IMG/VR virus record: IMGVR_UViG_3300029448_000007
Reading direction: 5' to 3' (one strand)
DNA length: 28,102 nt
Source of the DNA: an uncultured virus (IMG/VR IMGVR_UViG_3300029448_000007)
Taxonomy: Duplodnaviria; Heunggongvirae; Uroviricota; Caudoviricetes; Crassvirales
A program made the position numbers and the translations under genes. Shown here one piece after another: positions 1-8,967 of this stretch. Under the pieces are notes generated by a model, which did no database searches, was not told where the DNA came from, and worked only from the letters and a program-made list of their open reading frames with translations. Numbering within the stretch: the stretch's first letter is position 1; each line of letters opens with the position of its first letter.

Positions 1-3000
1 TTGCTTACTTTAGAGCTAACAAAGGTGCTAAGGAACTACGCATTCCTACTGTTGAAGAAGGTAAGAACCTCATCAAAGGTAATCAAACTGTAGAGCAGTC
101 TATTCTAAAAGAGTTGCAGCACTATGGTATGATAGCCAAACGTCAGTATAAAAGCAAAATCAAAAAGTTTAGAGGTAAAGTTCTGTTTAGTATTCCAAAG
201 ATTCGTACTGTCTCTGATATAAAAGAATACATTGGTCTCGAATCTAACGCTGTACTATTTAAAAGAAATGAGGGTGCTATCAATAACCTCAGAGATTTTA
301 ATATGTCTTGGTTTACAATGGAGCGTACAGCAAATGCTGATTTCCTTGCTGTAGATGAAGATATTTATAAAGGTAGAAGAACTATTGATGTAAAGCCATT
401 CGAGTCTAACAATAAAGAAGTTGATGATGGTGATTACATGAACTACCTTCAGTGGTGGCATACATTATCACCAGATCAAAAAGCTTCAGAGAATGCACTT
501 CGTGTTCAAGATGGTTTGGATGAACTTCCTATTGAAGAAGGTTTCCAAAAAGAATCTTTCATGAATACAAAAGAGTCTATAAATAAGACTCAAAAAAAGA
601 TTGAAACGATGATGGCTGTTATGAAAGCTAGAGGTATCAATGTTGAAGTTCGGTTAGATGAAAAGTTACCTCAAAAAGGTAAGTTTACAAGAGAGAAGAA
701 TAAAAATATTATTACTCTTAATCCAAATAAGATTTCTCCAGACACAGCTATTCATGAATTTGCACACATCTTTATTGAAGAACTTGGTGGTTTAAACAAC
801 CAAAGGATTAGAGCTGCTGTAAATGTTCTTAGAACAAGCAGACTATACGAACAAGTTAGAGAGTTGTATCCAGAGCTAACCGCTGAAGAGCTTGACAAAG
901 AAGTTCTTGCTACAGCTATAGGATTAGAAGGTGCAGAAATCTTTGCAGATAATAAAGAGAAAGCTGGTTTTATCAATCGATTTAAAGATTGGTTTGTCAA
1001 TTTTGTTTCACAAAAACTTGGTCTTTCAAATACAGCTGTTACTCAGCTTACTCGTGAGCTTATTGGACAGTCTACCTATGAGACAAGAGCTTCTGATCTT
1101 GCTTATGAAAAAAGAAACTTTTCAAATGAGATAAATAATATCAATGATGTTATCAAAGTTATAATCGATGACCTTAAAGTTAGAACAAGGGAGATAAAAA
1201 AAATGGAAGGTTCTCCTGAAAAGATTGAAGAGATGGTTGACAATCTTGATGGTATCAGAGAAAACATTCAACGCTTCTATAAGAATTATGATGCTAGCGT
1301 CGCATTGTCTTATATCGAAGATGCTTATCAACAACTTAGCCAAGCGGCTGCTGACTTACAAGGTGATGTTTCTCTTTCAAGAATTCATATTATTCAAACA
1401 TACCTATCGTCTTATGAAATGCTACCTAGCATACGAAAGGTACTCAACAGACAAAATTTTACTCCCGAGACAAAACAAAAAATTAACGATAATATTGATG
1501 CTAGCCTTAGACTTATAGAAGAAACAAAGTCTAAGATTACTGATAAAAGAAAAGAAGCTGTTGTCGAACAGTTTTCAAAAACTTCTTTGTATGGTATAGG
1601 TGTTCTCAAAGAGCGTTTTGAAATAGAAGCTAACCAAAAGTATGCTTCTGAAACCAAGAGTGTTCGTAAAAAGCTTGTAGAAGATGAGGTTAATAGAAGA
1701 CTTGCTGAATCTGAAGACGAAGCTCTTGAGATAAACAGAGGATACTTCTCAAGCATAGTAGACTTTACTAATGCTGATATCTCATCAGTATCTGCTTGGG
1801 TAAATGACCCTGCTAATACAACATCTGCTACACTTTCTATGACTACTAGATTGTTAGATAGTACAGATGCTAAGACAAGATCGTTCTTCTTAAAAGAAAG
1901 AGAGCGTATACATACAGCAGTGCATAAGTTTTATAAAACCGTTGGTAAAAAATATGGTAAAGACCCATTTAAGAATCTTATAAGTACAGACTCTAATGGT
2001 GTTAAATATCTTTATACAGGTATCAAACCTGAGTACCTAGAAGAGATTTCTAAATACGATGAGGCTATCTCAAAACTTTTTGTTAAGAGAAAAGAATCCG
2101 AAGAGAACCTCGCAGGTATTTTCTTAGATGCTTCTGAAAAAGTAAATGCAATATTTACAGAGTTTGGTATTGAACCAGTATCTCAAGTTACGGGTAAGAA
2201 AGAACTTTCTGCTTTCTTTATAAAAGTAGCTTCTCAAAAGCTTAAAGAAAATGCAGATCGCATGCCTTCTGGAAAACAACAGAGAGCTACAAAGCTTATA
2301 AATGATTTGCAAAAAGCTTTAGACCAAGACAGAAATAATATTAAACTTCTTAAAGCAGAGAATAAAAAGAAAAATGTTTGGGTTGACCAAAACACAGACT
2401 CTAAAAGAAACATACTAGATAAGTGGAAAGACAACAGAAAACTTTCAGACGCTGAAAAAGAACTCTTAGAGGTATTTAAAGAAAGCTTTATCGGTATGGA
2501 TGAGGGTTTACCAGAAGGTAAAAAACTTAGTTCAGAAGTAGACGGACATGTGTTTATTAAGCTACCTTCTATTACAACTACAGTCTATGAAGGTGATGTC
2601 AAGAATGCTTTTGATAGAACATTTAGAGTTCAGGCTGATGAAGAAGAACTTGGTGAGCTAGGAGACCTTTCTGAATTTAGAAGATTGGGAATCACAGCTG
2701 TACAAACTGATATCGGTTTTACAGAAAAGAAAGCGATTCCTATTTTGTATAGAGGTACTATGGATCCAAAGAAGCAGTCTAATGATATAGCTTCTATGGT
2801 AATGATGAACGTCTTTACTACAGAAAATTATCGTCAGAAGAAAGCTATTGAACCCATCTTGTACGCAATCTCAGATGTCACTGCTAAAAAGAAAGTAGGT
2901 ATAACTCAAGGTCTTGGTAAGATTTTGAAAGTTTCATCTGCAAACATGCAGAGGCAGCTTGAGAAACCTGGTGTTGAATCAAATGAATATCAAGCATTAC

Positions 3001-4517
3001 AGTCTACACTTAACGTAAGAGTATATGGTAAACATCTCAAAGAGATGGGTGACCTTATGTTTGGTGTATCTGGTGAAAAGGTTGTACAGAATGTAGAAAG
3101 TTATACTTCTAACTTGCTTTTAGGATTTAACTATATGGCAAACGTAGTTAACATCATGCAAGGTAAGACTATGCAGCTTGTAGAAGCTCTATCTGATAAA
3201 AGATATTCTGGTAAAAGCTTTGCTGCTGCAGAGAAAAAATTCTTAGCTCAACTTGTAAGTAAAGACTCTATAGTTAGTGACTATGGTACACTCGATAAAC
3301 AATCTGAAACTTGGAAAATGATTGAAGCTTTAAATCTTTTTGGTGACTTTGGTACTAAAGAAAGATTTGCTCAAGAGGGTTGGAAAAAACAACTACTGAG
3401 TTTAGATACAATTCATATGGGTCAGCAGATGGGTGAAATTTACATTCATGGTTCTTTGACATATATGATTCTTGGGGAAAATAAAGTGATGAATGACAAG
3501 AGACAATATCTAGATATCAATGGTAAGGTCGTTGAAAGTAAAGAAGATGCTGCCTCGTTGTTAGACTTCATGACATTTGAAGAAGGACAGATGAAGTTCA
3601 GGCTTTTTAAAGTTGGTAACAAAACTTTTAAAACTCGTGAGGAAGCTTTAGAGCAAAAGAAAAAATCAGGTGGGGACATAAAAGAAATCGCTCCTAAATT
3701 TTCTACTCTTAATAATGGAGCTATTGATACTTTAGAAGGTGTTGACCACATAGGTGCTACCATTAAGAACCTTGCTGCTGACTTGTATGGTCAGTACGAT
3801 CCTAACATGAAGTCAATGGCTCAAACCTACTGGTGGGGAAGACTTGCTTTTGGTCTTCGTAAGTGGTTAGTAAGAGGTTTTAACAAAAGATATAGAGGTG
3901 CCTACGCTACCTTTAAAGACAAGAGAGATATCGATAGAACTTTTAATGAGCAGACAGGTGAGTTTGAAGAGGGTTCTTATGTAACATTTATAAGATTTGT
4001 TAGAAACCTTATTAGAAGCACAGAAGATATCAAAGACCTTATCACAGGACATTCTGGTAATAGAACTTGGAACGGTCTCACAGAGATGGAGAAAAGAAAT
4101 GTTCTAAGAAGTTTATATGAAATGACAGCAGCAACCTCTGCTTATATGATTTACGCTATCGCACAAGGTCTTGCTGAAGAAGATGATGATAATAAAGAAC
4201 TTTGGTATCATCTTGCCTATGCTAATAGAAGACTTCACTCTGAACTTATGTTCTTCACATCTCCTAGTGAAGCACAGAAAATTGTAAGATCTCCTTTTGC
4301 CGCATTGTCAGTAGTCCAAAAGATAGGTTCTTTCCAAGAACAAATCTTTAGTGATCTTGTAAGTGGTGAGTTTGAAGTGTATGAAACTGGATATAGAAAA
4401 GGTACATATAAGTCTTGGGAGAAGCTAAAGAATGCTGCTCCTGTACTAAACTACATTGATGACTTTTCTCGAATGGAAGAAAAGCTCAGATATATGAGCA
4501 GTTATAGATCATTCTAA
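1..4517 (+). CDS. Very large virion-associated (cargo/injected-type) protein with zincin-like metallopeptidase motif; 5'-truncated by window edge
   Basis: Frame is open from position 3 (AYFRANKGAKELR...) through the predicted 114 start to TAA at 4515-4517. It contains NPNKISPDTAIHEFAHIF...DKEVLA (HExxH plus downstream E) and a long helical body. Size and opposite orientation to the replication block match large crAss-like virion proteins. Confidence 0.7.
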   Translation, partial: AYFRANKGAKELRIPTVEEGKNLIKGNQTVEQSILKELQHYGMIAKRQYKSKIKKFRGKVLFSIPKIRTVSDIKEYIGLESNAVLFKRNEGAINNLRDFNMSWFTMERTANADFLAVDEDIYKGRRTIDVKPFESNNKEVDDGDYMNYLQWWHTLSPDQKASENALRVQDGLDELPIEEGFQKESFMNTKESINKTQKKIETMMAVMKARGINVEVRLDEKLPQKGKFTREKNKNIITLNPNKISPDTAIHEFAHIFIEELGGLNNQRIRAAVNVLRTSRLYEQVRELYPELTAEELDKEVLATAIGLEGAEIFADNKEKAGFINRFKDWFVNFVSQKLGLSNTAVTQLTRELIGQSTYETRASDLAYEKRNFSNEINNINDVIKVIIDDLKVRTREIKKMEGSPEKIEEMVDNLDGIRENIQRFYKNYDASVALSYIEDAYQQLSQAAADLQGDVSLSRIHIIQTYLSSYEMLPSIRKVLNRQNFTPETKQKINDNIDASLRLIEETKSKITDKRKEAVVEQFSKTSLYGIGVLKERFEIEANQKYASETKSVRKKLVEDEVNRRLAESEDEALEINRGYFSSIVDFTNADISSVSAWVNDPANTTSATLSMTTRLLDSTDAKTRSFFLKERERIHTAVHKFYKTVGKKYGKDPFKNLISTDSNGVKYLYTGIKPEYLEEISKYDEAISKLFVKRKESEENLAGIFLDASEKVNAIFTEFGIEPVSQVTGKKELSAFFIKVASQKLKENADRMPSGKQQRATKLINDLQKALDQDRNNIKLLKAENKKKNVWVDQNTDSKRNILDKWKDNRKLSDAEKELLEVFKESFIGMDEGLPEGKKLSSEVDGHVFIKLPSITTTVYEGDVKNAFDRTFRVQADEEELGELGDLSEFRRLGITAVQTDIGFTEKKAIPILYRGTMDPKKQSNDIASMVMMNVFTTENYRQKKAIEPILYAISDVTAKKKVGITQGLGKILKVSSANMQRQLEKPGVESNEYQALQSTLNVRVYGKHLKEMGDLMFGVSGEKVVQNVESYTSNLLLGFNYMANVVNIMQGKTMQLVEALSDKRYSGKSFAAAEKKFLAQLVSKDSIVSDYGTLDKQSETWKMIEALNLFGDFGTKERFAQEGWKKQLLSLDTIHMGQQMGEIYIHGSLTYMILGENKVMNDKRQYLDINGKVVESKEDAASLLDFMTFEEGQMKFRLFKVGNKTFKTREEALEQKKKSGGDIKEIAPKFSTLNNGAIDTLEGVDHIGATIKNLAADLYGQYDPNMKSMAQTYWWGRLAFGLRKWLVRGFNKRYRGAYATFKDKRDIDRTFNEQTGEFEEGSYVTFIRFVRNLIRSTEDIKDLITGHSGNRTWNGLTEMEKRNVLRSLYEMTAATSAYMIYAIAQGLAEEDDDNKELWYHLAYANRRLHSELMFFTSPSEAQKIVRSPFAALSVVQKIGSFQEQIFSDLVSGEFEVYETGYRKGTYKSWEKLKNAAPVLNYIDDFSRMEEKLRYMSSYRSF

Positions 4518-4523
4518 CGAGTC

Positions 4524-4547
4524 AAAAGGGGGGTTAATCCCCCCCTT
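4524..4547 (-). terminator. Intrinsic terminator between convergent gene blocks (possibly bidirectional)
   Basis: aaaagggggg-ttaat-ccccccctt: G/C stem-loop followed by TTTT on the minus strand, located exactly at the strand switch. Confidence 0.8.
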
Positions 4548-4635
4548 CATCATCTACAAAACATCCACAATCGGGTTTGTAACATTCCCCGTGAAAGTCT
4601 AGAATGTCTGGATCACACTCTTCGTTATCAGCCAT
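4534..4635 (-). CDS. Putative 33-aa acidic, Cys-rich peptide
   Basis: Manual translation MADNEECDPDILDFHGECYKPDCGCFVDDEGGD*. ATG overlaps the end of the upstream gene and the ORF fills the gap to the terminator. Confidence 0.4.
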   Translation of the reverse strand: MADNEECDPDILDFHGECYKPDCGCFVDDEGGD

Positions 4636-4888
4636 GCTTGTCTATGAGTTCTTTGGTCTTGTAACATATTCTTTCTTCAACTTGTTTGACACCAAACATT
4701 AGTTTCAGAACATCGATTCTGATTTGCACATCACCGATTTCATCAATTATCATCTGGTCAGGGATTCTACTTTCATCACTGTTGAGCCTCTGAGTTAGCA
4801 CAGTAGCCAACTCAGAAAGCTCTTCAACAGCTTTTGATAAATTGAAATCCCTATCTTGATTTAAAAGAATACTGTCTAAGTTACTCAT
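4628..4888 (-). CDS. Small MazG-like NTP pyrophosphohydrolase
   Basis: KAVEELSEL...IIDEIGDVQI: ExxE...ExxD pattern of all-alpha NTP-PPases. Confidence 0.7.
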   Translation of the reverse strand: MSNLDSILLNQDRDFNLSKAVEELSELATVLTQRLNSDESRIPDQMIIDEIGDVQIRIDVLKLMFGVKQVEERICYKTKELIDKHG

Positions 4889-5876
4889 TTGTCGAGCTTT
4901 GTATAGAATCTGTATCTAAACCACTGGCCAAATCTTCAAGTTCTGTGCTAGAATATCTATTATTCAAATGACGAGAAAATGCAGTATTGAAATTACTAGA
5001 AACTTCATTACTCAAAATTTCTCTAATATTATGAGTATACATAGAAGGGATTGTTGTTCTATGCTTATCTTTAGTAAAAGGATTAGCACCATGAGATTGT
5101 TTACGGTCTAAGACATTAAACAACTCTTCTAGAAAATTATCGTCTTCATAAATTTTTATTTCTTTAAGATTTATGGTAATAACCAAATGATCATCTCTCA
5201 TTGAGATGTCATCTTTTAGATACTTTGACCAATACCTATAACTTGATCTTACTGGATCGTCATAGTCCCAATAACTTTCTCTAAACGAATCCCATATTCT
5301 TCCAAGATAATGATTTGTTTGATACATTAGGTTATTAAAGTAATCTGTTTTACCATCAAGAAGAGCTTTGATTAAAATATTTACATAGACATGATACTGA
5401 CAGGTATCTGTTTTAGCAGGGTCTGTCTTAATAGCAAGGTCATTATCATAGTAAACAATATCTGCGTTATAGTTTGCACCATCCATAATACAAATCTTCT
5501 TACCATTCCTAATATTAAGGCGTGTAATTGAATCCCTGTTTACTTTAAACTTCTCATTGTTTATGTAATGAAGGTCGACCTCATTGTCTTTCTCGACAGT
5601 TACGATCTTATCATCATTCATAACAGCAAGGAAGTCAGCTCCAGTACCAATACCAATCTTTGGTATATCTGGATATGCTTTGTAAGTTCTGAGAAACTCG
5701 ACGTCTTTTTCAATATCATAGTTAACACCTTTTATAGGCATCTCTTGATACATGAGGGGAAAAATATCTTCCCCATCATGATATAAAATAGCGTCAGCTT
5801 TCTCTATCTTATTCGTTTGCTTGGCACCGTCTATCCAAGAAGTATCAAGATACTCGTTTAAGACATAGATATGCAT
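4881..5876 (-). CDS. Class I glutamine amidotransferase / peptidase C26-like N-terminal domain (catalytic Cys absent) plus unknown C-terminal domain
   Basis: ADAILYHDGEDIFPLMY...DIEKDVEF...IPKIGIGTGADFLAVMN resembles GGxDxxPxxY...RDxxE...PxLGICRGxQxLNV. Confidence 0.6.
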   Translation of the reverse strand: MHIYVLNEYLDTSWIDGAKQTNKIEKADAILYHDGEDIFPLMYQEMPIKGVNYDIEKDVEFLRTYKAYPDIPKIGIGTGADFLAVMNDDKIVTVEKDNEVDLHYINNEKFKVNRDSITRLNIRNGKKICIMDGANYNADIVYYDNDLAIKTDPAKTDTCQYHVYVNILIKALLDGKTDYFNNLMYQTNHYLGRIWDSFRESYWDYDDPVRSSYRYWSKYLKDDISMRDDHLVITINLKEIKIYEDDNFLEELFNVLDRKQSHGANPFTKDKHRTTIPSMYTHNIREILSNEVSSNFNTAFSRHLNNRYSSTELEDLASGLDTDSIQSSTNE

Positions 5877-6325
5877 TCTTTCTTGAAATTTATTAGCTCA
5901 CCAATTTCTTGCGTCCTTGGTATTCTAGTTTTTAACTGCTTCTCTTTTAGCTGATAAAGACCCTCATACTTATACATGATCTTCCAAACATCTGAACCTT
6001 CGTCCAAACCGTGAAAGTCTAGTATAAGTTTTTTGTTCTCATCTGAGAACTCAGAGTATTTACCATTTACAAATTTCCAGTAATGATTCATATCTGGAAA
6101 TGGTATTACAGAAATAATAGTTTCTTTGTCGTGATCAATTATATTATTGGATACAGAAGATAGATACTCTTCGTATTCACTACCTGGATACTTCCAAAGG
6201 CAATAGATATTTTGATCAGGTTCCGTGTTCATATAACCTAAGTATGCATTTTCTAGAAAGTTAGTTCTTACGTTTACTGTCTTACTTAGAACAGGTACGA
6301 GGTAAGTATAACTTCTTGTTAGCAT
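5858..6325 (-). CDS. Hypothetical phage protein
   Basis: 155-aa ORF overlapping both neighbours in the operon. Confidence 0.6.
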   Translation of the reverse strand: MLTRSYTYLVPVLSKTVNVRTNFLENAYLGYMNTEPDQNIYCLWKYPGSEYEEYLSSVSNNIIDHDKETIISVIPFPDMNHYWKFVNGKYSEFSDENKKLILDFHGLDEGSDVWKIMYKYEGLYQLKEKQLKTRIPRTQEIGELINFKKECISMS

Positions 6326-7263
6326 ACTACAACAACACCATTATTTTCATATATTTCACGAGAGTAGTCCCATATGTCACCCTCTTGATGCCAAAGAAGA
6401 TCATCTGTTAGTTGCTCCCATCCTTTATAGATGACACCATTTCTAACATAACCTTTTCTAGCTTTCTCATAGAACTTGTGCGTATCTACTTTGATTGCTT
6501 TTTGTGTAGAAAAAGAATATACAATATTTGTGAAGTCCATAATTTGATATTCTGGAAAACGAGCTTCCAATACAGTCTTGTACAAAGAAGATTGTATATC
6601 ATGTCTCCACAAAAAGAAAGCATTTTCTACATAGTTATTGCAGCTTTTATCATGTGTCTTCAAATCGAAAGGATATATCTTTTTCTCCTTTTCGTTTACA
6701 AGCATCATATCTAAAAGCACTTTGTATACAATACCGTTTACTTTACAATGAATACCAAACTGATAATACTTTTGCAATGGACTTTCAAAGACATCTTGAA
6801 GAAACTTATTGGATGTGATGTTTGTTGCTGCTAGGAATATCTTTTCCTCCTCTGCAGGAGTAATAATAGATACCTCTCTGGCGCGCAACATAAGTTCAAA
6901 CCAATCTTTGTGGTCTTCAAGTTTACTCATGATAGTCTCATCACGCCACTTACCGCCATATTCTTGAGCTTTAGCTTCATCAAAAACTTGATCCCAAGAT
7001 TCACAGGCAAGGAATATTTTTTGAATACTAACAGGTGGTTCCTTTGGAGTAGTGGTATGCACCTCAAACCTCTCATAAAAAACATCTTTATTCTGCGTTA
7101 TCAAAATGTCAACACCTGTACCAAGATTCATAGCTCTTGTGGAATGTGTGGTTGGTTTAATAACAGAATTTAAACTTGTATCCAAATTCTTGAGTATGCT
7201 ATAGTTGATAGCATTGAATTCTCTATACTCCCTTTCCGTCTGAAAGTCTGGAGATAATGTCAT
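6319..7263 (-). CDS. PD-(D/E)XK exonuclease (RecE/exonuclease VIII-like)
   Basis: EYR...INYSILK...AMNLGTGVD, YKVLLDMM...PFDLKT, and QSSLY motifs. Confidence 0.75.
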   Translation of the reverse strand: MTLSPDFQTEREYREFNAINYSILKNLDTSLNSVIKPTTHSTRAMNLGTGVDILITQNKDVFYERFEVHTTTPKEPPVSIQKIFLACESWDQVFDEAKAQEYGGKWRDETIMSKLEDHKDWFELMLRAREVSIITPAEEEKIFLAATNITSNKFLQDVFESPLQKYYQFGIHCKVNGIVYKVLLDMMLVNEKEKKIYPFDLKTHDKSCNNYVENAFFLWRHDIQSSLYKTVLEARFPEYQIMDFTNIVYSFSTQKAIKVDTHKFYEKARKGYVRNGVIYKGWEQLTDDLLWHQEGDIWDYSREIYENNGVVVVC

Positions 7264-7588
7264 AGAAAATTTGTTTATCCATTGTTACAAACTCTCCTAA
7301 ACTTCTAAACCTTGTACCTCTTCTAACAACCTTGTCGTGGAAGATAACAATCGGTTTATCATTAGGAGCATTCTCTCGATGTATAAGATCGAAAGAATTT
7401 AAATTCTGCTTTGATCGCTTACATTGAACATGAAAAGGGAGCGAATCTCCAAAGAGATCCACCCCCATATTATCCATGTTTCTTGACTCACTTCTGGATG
7501 TAACAACATCCGTGTAACCTAACTGCTTCAGCTCATTTCTTATCTTTCTCTCGTAAGCATGACCTGCATTTCGGTTACGATTACTCAA
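7223..7588 (-). CDS. Holliday-junction resolvase-like PD-(D/E)XK nuclease
   Basis: RNAGHAYERKI...GVDL...HVQCKR, typical of small phage resolvases. Confidence 0.75.
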   Translation of the reverse strand: MSNRNRNAGHAYERKIRNELKQLGYTDVVTSRSESRNMDNMGVDLFGDSLPFHVQCKRSKQNLNSFDLIHRENAPNDKPIVIFHDKVVRRGTRFRSLGEFVTMDKQIFYDIISRLSDGKGV

Positions 7589-8967
7589 AGTTCTGGATTT
7601 GAAAATTGAAAATTAGAGTCTGTATTAGTAGCACTACTATGAAACTTATCATCTTTTGAAAACATATCCTTTCTGAAGTCCATATACTTGCAAATATCAT
7701 CAGCTTTGTTAGAATGATATACAGATTTAAGAACTTCTTTTAAGGTTATCTTAGAAGATTCAATACAGTTTCTCGTGTTGTTGTCTGCGTACTTTACAAT
7801 TGCAACGCAAGTATAAATCCACTTAACAACTTTCTCGAGATTAAATGTATTCTCATGTAGTCTAAACTCTACAGTATGTGATTTTGTAAATAAAAGGTTA
7901 AAGATATTTACAAAGTGATACCTCGATGGAATATTCCATTTATTCACACCTTGAAAGTAATAAATATTCCTCTCGTATTCTGTCTTACTACCCGCGAGAT
8001 AATCAAAAATTGCTTTGTAAGCAGCAGAAATATAAGAGTCATAGTTCTTTGTGTATCTAGGAATCTTAATAGGAAGCTCTGCACAATAGGATTGTCCATT
8101 AGAGTTTGTTTTTCCTGGTATGCCACCACCGTCTCTCTTGTAATGAGGAAAGTAAGAATACAACTCATCCTGCAACATTTGCAGTAGACGCCACAAACCA
8201 ACGACAGTATGTGGATTGGTAGACATGCCACCAACATGGACATGGAGAGAACCTGTGTAATTGTGTAAACAATACTTGTTAAGAAGTCTACAAGACTCTT
8301 TGATGATAGGGACATCCTGAGCAGAGGTAATTGGAACCGTTACATATTCGTAAGGTTCTATACCATCTCGCCTAAGGCTACCATCTCTAACAGCAATAAG
8401 ACCAGCATTGTATAAATTATGCTGAGGTATATAACCGCTAGATGTCTCGAACTCCAAACCAATAGTATAAGGAGATATCCTACTAAAGAATCTTTTCTCT
8501 TTCTTTGTAGGCTTTAGTGATGTGTTTTGATAAAGAGTTTTGGTATCTTCAAGTTGAGACTCTGCTCGATAGCTTAGTCTACCATAACCAATACCTGTTT
8601 GAGTCTTTCTAATACGACCATTCTTTATAAACACATTGTTTGAAGTGTCATATGAATAATCATCTGGTAAAATATCTTCAGATAAGGCTGTAACTATTAA
8701 ACCATCTTCTAAAAATACGTTAATATTCTTACAAATATTTGGTGTAAAATAACCTCTTTCAAAGTCTGAGTTTATAATACCCGTTGTCATTTCAGACTTT
8801 TTAGCATAGCATTTGTTTTCATGATCAAAAGCAATGGAACCGTTGTTTAGACGATTCCATCTACCTTTGACCAAGAAACAATCTACATTCATTTCATAGT
8901 ACTCGCCATTTATCTTTCTACAATTTTTTCGTAGAGCTGGCTGACCGTCAAACTTTACTATCTTCAT
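7585..8967 (-). CDS. Putative amidoligase (COOH-NH2 ligase, Amidoligase_2-like)
   Basis: TIGLEFET, DGSL, EYVT, GSLHVHVG, RYHFVN, TVEFRLH motifs. Confidence 0.85.
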   Translation of the reverse strand: MKIVKFDGQPALRKNCRKINGEYYEMNVDCFLVKGRWNRLNNGSIAFDHENKCYAKKSEMTTGIINSDFERGYFTPNICKNINVFLEDGLIVTALSEDILPDDYSYDTSNNVFIKNGRIRKTQTGIGYGRLSYRAESQLEDTKTLYQNTSLKPTKKEKRFFSRISPYTIGLEFETSSGYIPQHNLYNAGLIAVRDGSLRRDGIEPYEYVTVPITSAQDVPIIKESCRLLNKYCLHNYTGSLHVHVGGMSTNPHTVVGLWRLLQMLQDELYSYFPHYKRDGGGIPGKTNSNGQSYCAELPIKIPRYTKNYDSYISAAYKAIFDYLAGSKTEYERNIYYFQGVNKWNIPSRYHFVNIFNLLFTKSHTVEFRLHENTFNLEKVVKWIYTCVAIVKYADNNTRNCIESSKITLKEVLKSVYHSNKADDICKYMDFRKDMFSKDDKFHSSATNTDSNFQFSNPEL

